A stretch of 44,212 nucleotides of DNA from Desulfotignum sp. (GCA_046482705.1 JAWOEP010000327.1:1-44212), one strand, 5' to 3'; shown: positions 18,480-28,541, numbered from the stretch's first letter. A program made the numbers and translations. The notes: generated by a model not told the origin, from the sequence alone.

Positions 18480-18869
18480 TTATGGAATATCAATAGTCAT
18501 TTGCCCCGGGTTGATAATGGAAATGCGGCCTCCAAAGCTACATATACATGTACTTGTGTCATTGAGGGTCGGAAAATTACCGATCAATACAGTCGGGGAT
18601 CCAGGTGCCCACGGGGCTGTTGTCACGGGTAGGCATGCCACTGGTGTCAGTACACCGCTGGCTGCAGCCGTAGCCGCTGCCACAGCCGGGTTTTGCGGTG
18701 AACTGCACATGCCGAAACTTGGTATGTTGACAAACGGCTGGTGATCCATAATGTTTGCCGCCGGCATATTTCTCACAAAGACGCGGTTCGTTGGCAAAAC
18801 AATAAGGGACATCGGGCCACCACCGAATGAACACTGCAGTATCGCCCCCATTACCACCTGTTTTGCCAT
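18480..18869 (-). CDS. DUF4280 PAAR-like spike-tip protein
   Basis: V..GA.LQCSFG, AANIMDH.P.VNIP.FGMC.S..NP.VAAATAAA.GVLTP..C.P.T..PW.PG and S.C.C.FGG.I.I..PGQ motifs; SD AGGAG. Confidence 0.93.
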   Translation of the reverse strand: MAKQVVMGAILQCSFGGGPMSLIVLPTNRVFVRNMPAANIMDHQPFVNIPSFGMCSSPQNPAVAAATAAASGVLTPVACLPVTTAPWAPGSPTVLIGNFPTLNDTSTCICSFGGRISIINPGQMTIDIP

Positions 18870-18891
18870 TGTTTAAAACTCCTGATCTTGA

Positions 18892-19437
18892 TTAGAGTTG
18901 CATATTGTCCTGGACAAGGTTAAATTGATCCGTAACCTTATACTCTGTCAAACCATTGCCGGTTTCGGATTCCAGAACATAGCGCTGCACCGGCCCGAAC
19001 ATATTACAAAGCTGCTGCGGATCGCATGCAGGAAAAAAAACACGCAACACCCTCGGATCGAAATATCGGAAAAAAAGATGTTTCCCCGTATCATCCGTCA
19101 CCCTGTAAAAAGAACGGACATGGTTCCGCAGCTGGACAAACGGTGCGTCTGATTCTGCAAATATGTACCAGCTTTTCCCCCATCCCTGGTTGAACAGCCA
19201 TTGCGACAATGGGTCGTTTTCTCCCAGTTTCACCAGATAGGGAGCGACAGCAGCAAGTTTTCGGGCCTGCTCACCCATCAGCAGGCAGGCCTTTCGGTTG
19301 GCCGATCCAGCCAGTTTCGGATAGATAAGGGGCGCCCGTGCCGTATCAATGATAGCGTATATATTGCTGTCAGTTCCCTTTTTTGTCGCCCATAGTGTGC
19401 GGCTTATTTTGTTTGTATTCGGATCCAAGTGTGCCAT
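18892..19437 (-). CDS. DUF4123 T6SS effector chaperone/adaptor (Tec/Tap)
   Basis: YAIIDTAR, L..VAPYLV.L, WG, L..H.R....V....G....FRYFDPRVLR.F motifs; directly downstream of vgrG. Confidence 0.92.
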   Translation of the reverse strand: MAHLDPNTNKISRTLWATKKGTDSNIYAIIDTARAPLIYPKLAGSANRKACLLMGEQARKLAAVAPYLVKLGENDPLSQWLFNQGWGKSWYIFAESDAPFVQLRNHVRSFYRVTDDTGKHLFFRYFDPRVLRVFFPACDPQQLCNMFGPVQRYVLESETGNGLTEYKVTDQFNLVQDNMQL

Positions 19438-19486
19438 ACAGATTCCTGTCTCATATAATCAAGGCGTTGGCGATTCTATTCTTTTC

Positions 19487-19503
19487 TGAGCCCCACGGGC
19501 CCA
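19487..19503 (-). promoter_or_regulatory. Candidate bacterial SECIS hairpin downstream of the vgrG UGA
   Basis: Minus strand UGGGCCC-GUG-GGGCUCA: 7-bp stem with one G-U pair and a loop starting GU; the loop begins 20 nt after the UGA at 19519-19517. Confidence 0.55.
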
Positions 19504-19516
19504 TCGGTTATGTCGG

Positions 19517-21574
19517 TCACAGATCGCAAAAAGGCACTCCTGACGCCGCAGCCTCCTGAAAAGCGGCTGCCTGGGGAATCACCCCCATCTCAATGGGAGT
19601 GGTGCCAGGCAGGTCCGAAAGTGAACCGGGGGACGTTACATCAGCCTCTTCTGGTTCTTTAGGCGACTCAGGGGAGCATCCGGAGCCGGAGCCGGCAGCG
19701 CCGCCGCTGTTGATGTTCACCAAAGGTCCCGTTATATAAACACCTGCCGGGCCTATATCGATAAAACTGCCGGCTGTTTTCAAAGACAGCTGCATGCCGG
19801 CTTCAATAATGACCTTCATGCCCCCTTTTATATGAACGTTCATTCCTGCATCGACGGCATGATTCATTGCCGCCTTTTCCAAAATATCGCCGGATTCACT
19901 TTGTATGGATATGGTGCCGGAGACCTTTTCATTGTGATCCCCTTTAACGGTCAGATGTTTGTCGCCACCTATTTTTTCATACTGATCTCCGGCTACTATC
20001 ATATGCCTGCTGCCGCCGACATATTCACGGCTTTTTCCTTTTGACCGATGATCCAGAACTTTTTCCGCATGAATGAACAGCTGTTCGTCACCGGCTTTGT
20101 CTTCAAACCGAATTTCGTTCACCCCGCCGCTGTCCGGACTGGACATGCTTTTAATGGTTGATTTTGTCTTTTCAGCGGGCAGCGGATACGGCGGGTTATT
20201 GGTGCCATGATAAACACGGCCGGTAATAATCGGACGGTCCGGGTCTCCTTCGATAAAACTGACAATCACTTCCTGGCCGATGCGGGGAATGTGCATCGCC
20301 CCCCAGCCGGCACCGGCCCATATCTGGCTTACCCTGATCCAGCAGGAACTGTTCTGGTTCCGGCTGCCTTGCCGGTCCCAGTGAAACTGTACTTTGACCC
20401 GGCCGTGTTCATCTGTATGTATCTCTTCATTGGGAGGACCGACAATCACGGCGGTCTGGCTCCCTTGAATAACGGGTTTGGGGGTAACACGTTCCGGACG
20501 GAACTGAACAGATCCGGGAATGGCGGAAAAAAAACTGTAAAATTGCTGGTCACTGCCTCCAGATGTTTCATAGCTTTGTGCTGCAGCCTGATATTCGGTG
20601 GATATGACCAGGTATTCCCTGTTCTGGTCCCTGCGGGTATGCCGGTTCAGTGTAAACAGATACCCGGTACAAATACCGCGGGCATCCGACTGGCCGGTGC
20701 AGATTTCATGGGGATAGGAAAGTTCCTCCAAACGTATCCTGGCATATCGATCTCCATCCGCCTTTTCCAGATATTCACCCGGGTAATCATAGATTTCATA
20801 ATCCGATCGTTCGTGGGGTTTTTGATCCTCTTCAATGCTCATCAAAGAGGTGTCGGGTTTTTCAAAGTTATAATCCATATGGGCAAATTTTCCGGACCGG
20901 ACTTTTTTTTCAATGGTCCACTCGGTGATACGTTCTGAAATTGCTGAACCCCTCGTATCAGCGGCAAAATCGATTGACCCGTAGTTTTCAAACGGGTCAT
21001 GCCTGCTCAGGGAATCACAGAGGACCAGGGTGCATTTTTCCTGCTCATGAAGGAAATAATGGTAAATACCTTCCTGCTCCATGAGGCGGCTGACGAAATT
21101 ATAATCTGTTTCCCGGTACTGTACGCAGTAGTTCCAGGTACGGTAACCGCCGGAAAGTCGGTCTTCGATGTCACTGAACCCATGTTCATCGAACACCTGT
21201 CTTATGATCTCCGGCACTGTTTTTTCCTGAAAAATGCGGCAATCCGAGGTCTGGGTCAAAAACCACAGCCACGGCACCATGGTCGCCCGGTACTGGGCGA
21301 ACTGGACGCTGGTGGACACCCCCTGGACAAACCGGTTGATGAAACCGTTCCAGTATCGGGTTCCGCCTTCCATAAGATCCATGCGGATGGTGACATTCTG
21401 TCCAATAATGTCGTCAAAATTGATTTCATAATTCTCGCTCAACAAATCGAGATCAAATTCAAACAACCGGCTGAGTTCTTCATGCCCGGAAAAACTCTGC
21501 AGCAACAGAACGTCTTCACCCAAAGGCGTTTCTATGGCAATGTGCCGGGTAGCCTGTGTAGCAGCTTGCGGCAT
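19517..21574 (-). CDS. vgrG: T6SS spike protein VgrG (TssI); probably extends to TAA at 19508 via Sec readthrough
   Basis: G.EELSRLFEF, YCVQYRETD.NFVSRLMEQEGI, EIHTDEHGRVKVQFHWDR, SCWIRVSQ.WAG.GWG...IPRIGQEVIV.F.EGDPDRP, NEIRFEDK.G.EQ.FIHAEK; C-tail QAAAFQEAAASGVPFCDL. Start 21574 (or 21589). Confidence 0.97.
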   Translation of the reverse strand: MPQAATQATRHIAIETPLGEDVLLLQSFSGHEELSRLFEFDLDLLSENYEINFDDIIGQNVTIRMDLMEGGTRYWNGFINRFVQGVSTSVQFAQYRATMVPWLWFLTQTSDCRIFQEKTVPEIIRQVFDEHGFSDIEDRLSGGYRTWNYCVQYRETDYNFVSRLMEQEGIYHYFLHEQEKCTLVLCDSLSRHDPFENYGSIDFAADTRGSAISERITEWTIEKKVRSGKFAHMDYNFEKPDTSLMSIEEDQKPHERSDYEIYDYPGEYLEKADGDRYARIRLEELSYPHEICTGQSDARGICTGYLFTLNRHTRRDQNREYLVISTEYQAAAQSYETSGGSDQQFYSFFSAIPGSVQFRPERVTPKPVIQGSQTAVIVGPPNEEIHTDEHGRVKVQFHWDRQGSRNQNSSCWIRVSQIWAGAGWGAMHIPRIGQEVIVSFIEGDPDRPIITGRVYHGTNNPPYPLPAEKTKSTIKSMSSPDSGGVNEIRFEDKAGDEQLFIHAEKVLDHRSKGKSREYVGGSRHMIVAGDQYEKIGGDKHLTVKGDHNEKVSGTISIQSESGDILEKAAMNHAVDAGMNVHIKGGMKVIIEAGMQLSLKTAGSFIDIGPAGVYITGPLVNINSGGAAGSGSGCSPESPKEPEEADVTSPGSLSDLPGTTPIEMGVIPQAAAFQEAAASGVPFCDL

Positions 21575-21614
21575 AACAGCCCCCTTCATTCAGATTCAAC
21601 CCAGAAACCGGGGA

Positions 21615-21639
21615 GTGCGGGGCTTCAAAAGCCCCGCAC
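21615..21639. other. Strong GC-rich hairpin between hcp and vgrG (possible attenuator or RNA-processing site)
   Basis: GTGCGGGGCTT-CAA-AAGCCCCGCAC, a perfect 11-bp inverted repeat; no U-tract follows it on the transcribed (-) strand. Confidence 0.6.
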
Positions 21640-21765
21640 AAATAGCAGGCAGCCGGATTGTTCCGGAACAGCCTTAAATTATTATTTCTCCCGTTAATCG
21701 GGTTTGTGAAACAGTTCCTGTGATGTCACCTGTAAATTCATGAATACACCAATACAGGCTTTGTC

Positions 21766-22245
21766 TTACTCCCCTTGCTCCACTTTCCACTGATATTCAA
21801 CATTACCCTTGCTTTTACCCTGGTTATCGGCTTCAGTATAAGTGACTTTGATTTCTTCAAAGTTCAGGGAAAAGTCCTCTGTCGGTACATCTTCGGACTG
21901 ACCACTGCCGGCGATGTTATAAGCTGTCACCAGAACATTTTTCAGGTCATATTTATAATAGGTCACACGACCCGCATCCGTGTATGACGCCGTCAAATGG
22001 ATTTCAACCTTGGGAAAGACTTTGCCCTTGCACACGGATTCGGCAATCTTGGGGCTGGCCTTGTCCAGTTCTTTGGTAACATGGATGTCATCAAGAATCA
22101 CATCCCCGCGACGTCGTGTCGCACCTGTTGCAGCGCTTCCCGGCTGATGAACCCCCTGCTGGAAAGAAAGGATGTCGCTCCAGTTCTTATGGCTTGCGTC
22201 CTGTGCCTCACCGTCAACACCGTCAAATTTAATGTAAGCCGCCAT
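21766..22245 (-). CDS. hcp: T6SS tube protein Hcp (TssD)
   Basis: YIKFDGVDGEAQD..H..W.DILSF, TKELDKASPK, Y....LKNVLVT.Y and E.FSLNFEEIKVTY motifs; SD GAGGAGG. Confidence 0.97.
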   Translation of the reverse strand: MAAYIKFDGVDGEAQDASHKNWSDILSFQQGVHQPGSAATGATRRRGDVILDDIHVTKELDKASPKIAESVCKGKVFPKVEIHLTASYTDAGRVTYYKYDLKNVLVTAYNIAGSGQSEDVPTEDFSLNFEEIKVTYTEADNQGKSKGNVEYQWKVEQGE

Positions 22246-22319
22246 GGTTCCCTCCTCAAATAAATGTTGTTGTTATAAACCGGCCATACAAGCCACTGCT
22301 TTTGACGGCCGTTTGTTTT

Positions 22320-25085
22320 TCAGGAAAAAGCATAGTGAAAGTTATTGCTTTGAATACCAACGTGAATTCGCTCCAATGGTTTTCCCTCCATCATGCGTGA
22401 CAGCAGTTCACTGCTGATTTCAGGCAGCAGTGTGTGGGATAAAATGGCATCCACCATTCTGGCACCACTTTCCACCTCGGTACAGCGGCTTTGTATCAAT
22501 CCCACCACTTCGTCATCAAAGGTGAACGGAATCTGGTGATTCGCCTGGATGCGGTTTGCAATTCTTCCCAGCTGCAGGCGGATGATCTGCTCCAGTACTT
22601 CGTCTGCCAGTGGATAAAACGGTACCACGGTCAGCCGTCCCAGAAAAGCTGCAGGAAATGCCTTGAGCAGAGACTCCCGCAACGCTTTGGCCATACCATC
22701 GGGACCGGGCATCAGTTCCGGATCCCGGCACAGATTCATTATCAGGTCGGATCCCACATTGCTGGTGAGCAGAATAATGGTATTCTTGAAGTCGATCATC
22801 CGGCCCTCGCCGTCCTCCATTCTGCCTTTGTCAAAAACCTGGAAAAAGATTTCATGCACATCCCTGTGGGCCTTTTCCACCTCATCCAGGAGGACGATAC
22901 TGTAAGGCCGCCTGCGCACCGCCTCGGTCAGCACCCCGCCCTCTCCGTATCCCACATATCCGGGAGGGGCCCCTTTCAGAGTGGAAACCGTATGGGCCTC
23001 CTGAAATTCGCTCATGTTGATGGTGATTACATTCTGTTCTCCACCGTAAAGGGCTTCGGCCAGGGCCAGTGCGGATTCGGTCTTGCCCACGCCGCTGGGG
23101 CCCACCAGCAGAAACACCCCTATGGGACGGCGCGGGTTTTCCAGTCCTGCCCGGGAGGTCTGAATCCGCATGCTGATGGAATCCAGGGCATGCCGCTGTC
23201 CGATCACCCGTTCTTCAAGTGTGTCGGCCAGGTGCATCACCGCTGCGATCTCATTTTTGACCATGCGGCCCACCGGTACACCGGTCCAGTCGGCGACCAC
23301 GGCAGCGACCGCCTGCTCATCCACACTGGGGAGAATCAAGGGCATTTCTCCCTGAATACCGTCAAGCTGGTTCATCAAGCCCTGCAGTTCTGCTTTCATG
23401 GATTCACGTTCCTTCAAATTCAGGCTATCACTTCCGTTTTCTAAAGGCAAGGGCTGATTTTTTTTCGGGCCGATTTTGATTGCAGTCTCTGAAACAGCAT
23501 TTTTGTCAACTTTTTCATCAATGGTGTCGGCAGTGCCGGCCCGCAGGGCACTTCTCAGTTCCAGAATCCTGTCCACCAGTTTTTTTTCCTTCTGCCATCC
23601 CTCTTCAATTTCTTTGAGGGTTTCGCGTTCACAGGTCAGTTGTGCGGTTATTGCATCCTGCCGTTCCTTGCGGTTCCATCCCACGGTTTCTTCACGGGTC
23701 AGAATCTCATGTTCCGTTTCCAGGGCAGAGATGCGGCGTTGGCATGCTTCAACAGCAGGGGGTGTGGCATGCAGGCTGACCGCCACCCGGGCACAGGCGG
23801 TGTCCAGCAGGCTGACCGCTTTGTCGGGCAGCTGTCGGGCGGGAATATACCGATGGGACAGCTGAACCGCAGCCACCAGCGCCTCATCGAGTATCTGGAC
23901 CCGGTGATGTTTTTCGCTGACACCTGCCAGTCCCCGCATCATGACAACCGCCTGATCTTCAGACGGCTCATCGATCTTTACCACCTGGAATCGCCGGGTA
24001 AGGGCTGCATCTTTTTCAAAATATTTTTTGTACTCAGCCCATGTGGTTGCCGCAATGGTCCGCAGGGTTCCCCGGGCAAGGGCCGGTTTGAGCAGGTTTG
24101 CCGCATCTCCTGATCCGGCGGCACCCCCGGCCCCGATAAGGGTATGGGCCTCATCGATAAAGAGAATGATGGGTTCGGGGGAAGCCTGGACCTCTTCAAT
24201 GACCTGGCGCAGGCGGTTTTCAAACTCTCCTTTCATACTGGCACCGGCCTGAAGCAGTCCAAGATCCAGGGTGCGCACCGAGACATCCCTCAGGGGCGGC
24301 GGGACGTCTCCGGACACGATGCGCTGGGCAAATCCTTCCACAACCGCTGTCTTTCCCACACCTGCTTCTCCTGTCAAAATGGGATTGTTCTGGCGTCGGC
24401 GCATGAGTATATCGATAATCTGGCGGATCTCCTTGTCACGTCCCAGAATCGGATCCAGTGATCCGTTCCGGGCGGTTTCCGTCAGATCCACGGAAAACCG
24501 GGCAAGGGCTTCCTGTCTGCCCATAACTGCCGGAGCCACTGCATCGCTTGCCTCACCCGGGACAGCACCGCCCCCCACCCGGGTCCCGTCCTGGGCGTGC
24601 AAGGCATCCTCCGGCGAACCGCTGACAATGGATGAAAACCGGTCCGACAGGTCTTCCTTTTTGATTTTTTTGCATTCAGCAGATATGCCCGGCAAAATCG
24701 CTTTTAATCCCGGTGCCTTTAACAGGGCAATGATAATATGGCCGGTCCGCACCTGGGACTCACCAAACAGCAGGGTGCTGTAAACCCAGGCCCTTTCCAC
24801 GGCCTCTTCCAGGTGGGGTGAAAAGTCGGAGATAGCGGTGGCCCCGCGGGGCAGGCTGTCCAGAGAAGCAGTGATATCGGAGGCCAGCCGGGAGGGATTG
24901 AGATCATAATGGGTGACGATACAGTGAAGGTCTGAATTCTGCAGCTGCAGAACCATGTTCAGCCAGTGCACCAGCTCGACATAGGGATTTCCCCGCATTT
25001 TGCAGAATACGGTGGCACTTTCCACGGATTTATAGGCCAGACTGTTGAGCTTTCCGAACAACGCGGTACGACTGATTTCTGCCAT
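22320..25085 (-). CDS. tssH: T6SS AAA+ ATPase TssH (ClpV)
   Basis: MAEISR..LFGKLN...[52 protein letters not shown] and LLDEVEKAH motifs. Confidence 0.97.
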   Translation of the reverse strand: MAEISRTALFGKLNSLAYKSVESATVFCKMRGNPYVELVHWLNMVLQLQNSDLHCIVTHYDLNPSRLASDITASLDSLPRGATAISDFSPHLEEAVERAWVYSTLLFGESQVRTGHIIIALLKAPGLKAILPGISAECKKIKKEDLSDRFSSIVSGSPEDALHAQDGTRVGGGAVPGEASDAVAPAVMGRQEALARFSVDLTETARNGSLDPILGRDKEIRQIIDILMRRRQNNPILTGEAGVGKTAVVEGFAQRIVSGDVPPPLRDVSVRTLDLGLLQAGASMKGEFENRLRQVIEEVQASPEPIILFIDEAHTLIGAGGAAGSGDAANLLKPALARGTLRTIAATTWAEYKKYFEKDAALTRRFQVVKIDEPSEDQAVVMMRGLAGVSEKHHRVQILDEALVAAVQLSHRYIPARQLPDKAVSLLDTACARVAVSLHATPPAVEACQRRISALETEHEILTREETVGWNRKERQDAITAQLTCERETLKEIEEGWQKEKKLVDRILELRSALRAGTADTIDEKVDKNAVSETAIKIGPKKNQPLPLENGSDSLNLKERESMKAELQGLMNQLDGIQGEMPLILPSVDEQAVAAVVADWTGVPVGRMVKNEIAAVMHLADTLEERVIGQRHALDSISMRIQTSRAGLENPRRPIGVFLLVGPSGVGKTESALALAEALYGGEQNVITINMSEFQEAHTVSTLKGAPPGYVGYGEGGVLTEAVRRRPYSIVLLDEVEKAHRDVHEIFFQVFDKGRMEDGEGRMIDFKNTIILLTSNVGSDLIMNLCRDPELMPGPDGMAKALRESLLKAFPAAFLGRLTVVPFYPLADEVLEQIIRLQLGRIANRIQANHQIPFTFDDEVVGLIQSRCTEVESGARMVDAILSHTLLPEISSELLSRMMEGKPLERIHVGIQSNNFHYAFS

Positions 25086-25181
25086 TATGCATCCCTTCCT
25101 TTCAGGTCACAACCCCTAAAATTGCATTTCTGAAATACCAAAACGGGCCGCTTGAAGATAAACGGGTACCGTTTTTTGGTT

Positions 25182-26201
25182 TTACGCCGCCTCTGACTGA
25201 AGTTTGAGATCTCTGACATCCTTTTTAAACGGGCTGCTCTGAAGCCAGGTGGTCCATCCCAGGGATCCGGATTCACCCAGGCGTATCACCGGTACCTCTG
25301 CAGCTTTCAAAATGAGCTGAAGTTCCCAGCACAAATGGTCTCCCGCATAATTTCTCACCCAGTCCTTGAGGATTGAAAACCGCTTTCCTCCCGGCAGCAT
25401 CTGTTCATACTTTTCCAGGGTCATGGGTCCCATTATAATTCTGAATTTCTGCTGGAAATCCCACACCCGGGACCCCACGATTGTATTGACGCCCAGTGTT
25501 CCAGTATCGGCTGACCCGCCCAGGCGGCACCGGCAGGTTTCAGGGATCAGGATCAACTGACCGACAAATTCCTCAATAACGGTTTCAATGCCGAAATATT
25601 CCGACAAAATGGCGCGCAGCCCCTCTGCATGGCGGTTCTGGCAGACCAGAAGTCCTGAATAATGCAGTTTTGCCCGGTCAGGGACATTGTCCCGGCGGCA
25701 AAAAGGTTCTGTTCCGATCCCGATCAAACTTCCGATGTAAACGGCAAAGCGGTCTTCTTCAGGGCGGTCATAGCTTACGGTTTGTTGGTTACATGCCCAG
25801 GCCCGGTAAAACAGGCTGATCATGCGGTGGTTGAAAATATCCAGAAACCGGGCCAGTGTCGGGTCGTCATGATTGAGTTCCCGGTCGTGAACATAATCGG
25901 TGATGTGGAGAGGCATGGGGCCCTGGGGCCCGAGCAGTCCCATAAAATTGACCACAAGACGCGGCCTGCTGGTTTCCGTGGGCCGCATATAGCGCTGAAG
26001 CGTTGCAGGTGCAAAAGCCAGAGAGGGCTCCTGGCAGAATTGAACCGCTTCGTCCCCAGAGCGGAGGGCATGCCCGATGCGCGGGCTATCCTTAAAAAGA
26101 CATTCCACCCGCCGGGCTGCCTGAAAAAAACTGAGTCCAGCCGGATTTTCAAGAAACGTCAGTTTCAAAGCGTATGTCTGGTCCCCGGATTTGCCGGCCA
26201 T
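25182..26201 (-). CDS. tssG: T6SS baseplate subunit TssG
   Basis: FFQA.RR.E, Q.PSLAFAP, FMGLLGPQGPMPLH.T, FLDIFNHRM.SLFYRAW and LG....LGWTTWL motifs. Confidence 0.95.
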   Translation of the reverse strand: MAGKSGDQTYALKLTFLENPAGLSFFQAARRVECLFKDSPRIGHALRSGDEAVQFCQEPSLAFAPATLQRYMRPTETSRPRLVVNFMGLLGPQGPMPLHITDYVHDRELNHDDPTLARFLDIFNHRMISLFYRAWACNQQTVSYDRPEEDRFAVYIGSLIGIGTEPFCRRDNVPDRAKLHYSGLLVCQNRHAEGLRAILSEYFGIETVIEEFVGQLILIPETCRCRLGGSADTGTLGVNTIVGSRVWDFQQKFRIIMGPMTLEKYEQMLPGGKRFSILKDWVRNYAGDHLCWELQLILKAAEVPVIRLGESGSLGWTTWLQSSPFKKDVRDLKLQSEAA

Positions 26202-28039
26202 CGCATTATTTCTCCACGGTTTCGGGTTGTGATCACCGTTTCCGTAAAAGAGTTGATAGACACATATTTGGACAGAAAAATATTCATCACAGCCCCCAGA
26301 AGAAACACGCCGGTACCTTCGAAAGCGGCTTCATCAAACTCAAGTGTCACCTCGATCCCCCGGACAAATGCAATTCTGCCGTGTTCACTGATCCGGCGCA
26401 TCACGGGTCGGCTGTTTACTTCTATCAGCCCTTCCACTATTTTTTCGGACTGGGTGCCCCGGGCATCACAATACAGCCTGAACAGATCACGGATTGCAGC
26501 CGATCCTTTTCGATCCCGGCCCTCCACCAGTGATAGATAATTGAGACTCAGATGATTGATAATGCGCCAGCTGGTTTCCCCTTCGGCCCGGGAGGGCCGG
26601 GGTGCTGTGGGACCCACCAGGCATCGTATGGAGGTCACCGGTGAAGCGATGTCCAGGTGGAAGTCTGTTTTGCCCCGGCCCACACCCATCTGGATGGGAA
26701 GATCCCGGTTGGTGCAGAGGGTTTCAACCGCCAGCTGCCGGAGATCGGATCGGTAGGGTGCGGCCGCCGAGTCGACAATGGATAAAAACACCTCGCTGCC
26801 GCCGTAACTGGATCGGCGGCCCCGTTGTTTTTCCCTGCTCGACATCATTCGTGGGGTGCGGTTCACCGTGAAATATGCGCCGGAACCACTGTTTTCCGCC
26901 ACATCCCCAGCTGAATAAAAAGGGGAAAAACTTTGTTTTTCATCGGCGCGCACCCCGTACCCAGTCACCCCGGTCACCTGATAGACCTCATAATCCATGG
27001 GCCGGGTCCGGCTGGGAACCACATGAAATTCAGTGAATTTGTCGGACAAATGGATGATATCGGCCCGTTTGGGAAACAGGTTGATAACCGGTGTGCAGTG
27101 CAGCGCAAAATTGTCGGCATCGATCCGTTTTTCCAGGGTCAAATCCTCCTGGTCCAGAAGAATAACCAGATCCATCAGGTGGCCCTGGCACTGTTTGATG
27201 CAGGGCTGCAGGCCGCTGATGCGGAAAAACAAAAACCGCTGGGGAAAGGCAAAATACTCCTGGAGTAGCCGGTATCCCCTGAAAGACCGGGCCACAACAG
27301 GGAGCAGGGCCTCATCATCCATAAATCCAACCGGTTCGATATTTGCCGAAGGCAGCACATGCTGCCAGGCAAAAGGGCTTTCCACCGGCTGGACCAGGAG
27401 GTTTTTCCCGTGGGCAAAGATCTGTTCGTAAATTTTCATTGGAAACGCTTCAGAGCCCCGGATAAAAAAGGTCAATGCATCAAGATCAAGGCTGGAAAAG
27501 TCCATATCTGCAGGGATTTCAAGGCGGATGCGAATTCCTGCTCTGGCGGCCGCCGCTGAAGGGGGCGGTTTCAAAAGCCTTAAATCCCGTGCGATATAAT
27601 CGGCTTGTGCGATTTGGATCGGCCACAGCATAACAGGGTGACCGGTCCGATACTCGCAGGCAGTGCGTTCGTCTGTGCCGATCACCGACCGCAGAACCGT
27701 CCCCCGTTCAATCCCGAATCCATTTGAAATGCCGCTTCTTGCCGTGTCAAAAGCGAATTCCACAACCCCCATGGAGGGAGTCGGTGACAGGTAGTGGGGA
27801 TACACTGTTTCCAGTATCGCCTGGGTAAACTGGGGGAACTCGGCATCCAGTTTCAGCTGGACACGTGCAGCCAGAAATGCGAATCCTTCCAGCAGCCGTT
27901 CCACATAGGGATCACTGCATGTGAATTCATCCAAAGACAGCCTGCCGGCAATTTTGGGGAATTCCCTGGCAAAATCACCTGCCGTCGTCCGCAAGTGCCG
28001 CAGTTCTTCATTATAATATCTCAACAACCGCCTATCCAC
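26165..28039 (-). CDS. tssF: T6SS baseplate subunit TssF
   Basis: LL.YYNEEL..LR....FA.EFPKIAGRL, DPYVERLLEGFAFL.AR, GYRLLQEYFAFPQRFLF, CTP.INLF, CTNRDLP, HLSLNYLSL and YVSINSF motifs; GTG start. Confidence 0.96.
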   Translation of the reverse strand: MDRRLLRYYNEELRHLRTTAGDFAREFPKIAGRLSLDEFTCSDPYVERLLEGFAFLAARVQLKLDAEFPQFTQAILETVYPHYLSPTPSMGVVEFAFDTARSGISNGFGIERGTVLRSVIGTDERTACEYRTGHPVMLWPIQIAQADYIARDLRLLKPPPSAAAARAGIRIRLEIPADMDFSSLDLDALTFFIRGSEAFPMKIYEQIFAHGKNLLVQPVESPFAWQHVLPSANIEPVGFMDDEALLPVVARSFRGYRLLQEYFAFPQRFLFFRISGLQPCIKQCQGHLMDLVILLDQEDLTLEKRIDADNFALHCTPVINLFPKRADIIHLSDKFTEFHVVPSRTRPMDYEVYQVTGVTGYGVRADEKQSFSPFYSAGDVAENSGSGAYFTVNRTPRMMSSREKQRGRRSSYGGSEVFLSIVDSAAAPYRSDLRQLAVETLCTNRDLPIQMGVGRGKTDFHLDIASPVTSIRCLVGPTAPRPSRAEGETSWRIINHLSLNYLSLVEGRDRKGSAAIRDLFRLYCDARGTQSEKIVEGLIEVNSRPVMRRISEHGRIAFVRGIEVTLEFDEAAFEGTGVFLLGAVMNIFLSKYVSINSFTETVITTRNRGEIMRWPANPGTRHTL

Positions 28040-28541
28040 TGCTTCCCCAATTCAGCCGGGACTTGCCGGTTTCAAGGTCCAGTTCGGTTTTGATGAACAG
28101 TGATTCAGGAATGGGCTGGGTCCATAACACCCCGCGGATTTCAAAGCTCAGGGAGCGGCCATGGCGCATTTCTTCCGGATCCGCTGCCGCACTGATGGAA
28201 ACGGTGTCCGGAATGATACGTGGTTCAAAGTGCTGAAGTGCCTCGGTCAAATGGAACTGCAGGTCATCGGTGTGCAGACTGAAAGCTGTCATGCCCGCAA
28301 CGTTCTGAACGCCGAAATTCAATACTGATGACGGGATCTCTTCAAACCGGTCAAAACCGCTTTGTTCACTGTTTGCATGGGTGTTCAGCAGCCACAGCAG
28401 ATCACGCAGAACAGCCTCCCGGAATTTTTGCAGGCTCATCACCCGCTGGTTGCGGCTTTCCATTTTTTTTTTCGGCTCATTATCGGTCAACCTGTCCAGC
28501 AGGCAGGGCTGTAATTTTTCAGAAGGCGTCAATTCAGCCAT
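28032..28541 (-). CDS. tssE: T6SS baseplate subunit TssE (gp25-like)
   Basis: LQP.LLDRLTD..P, VLRDL.WLLNT, SVLNFG, FEPR and L.TELDLETG motifs. Confidence 0.94.
   Translation of the reverse strand: MAELTPSEKLQPCLLDRLTDNEPKKKMESRNQRVMSLQKFREAVLRDLLWLLNTHANSEQSGFDRFEEIPSSVLNFGVQNVAGMTAFSLHTDDLQFHLTEALQHFEPRIIPDTVSISAAADPEEMRHGRSLSFEIRGVLWTQPIPESLFIKTELDLETGKSRLNWGSSG

Noticed and set aside
21595-21670. GAAA...GGCAGCCGGATTG resembling parts of a GEMM riboswitch
   Set aside because: It is antisense to the operon and lacks the GACGCAAAGC core.
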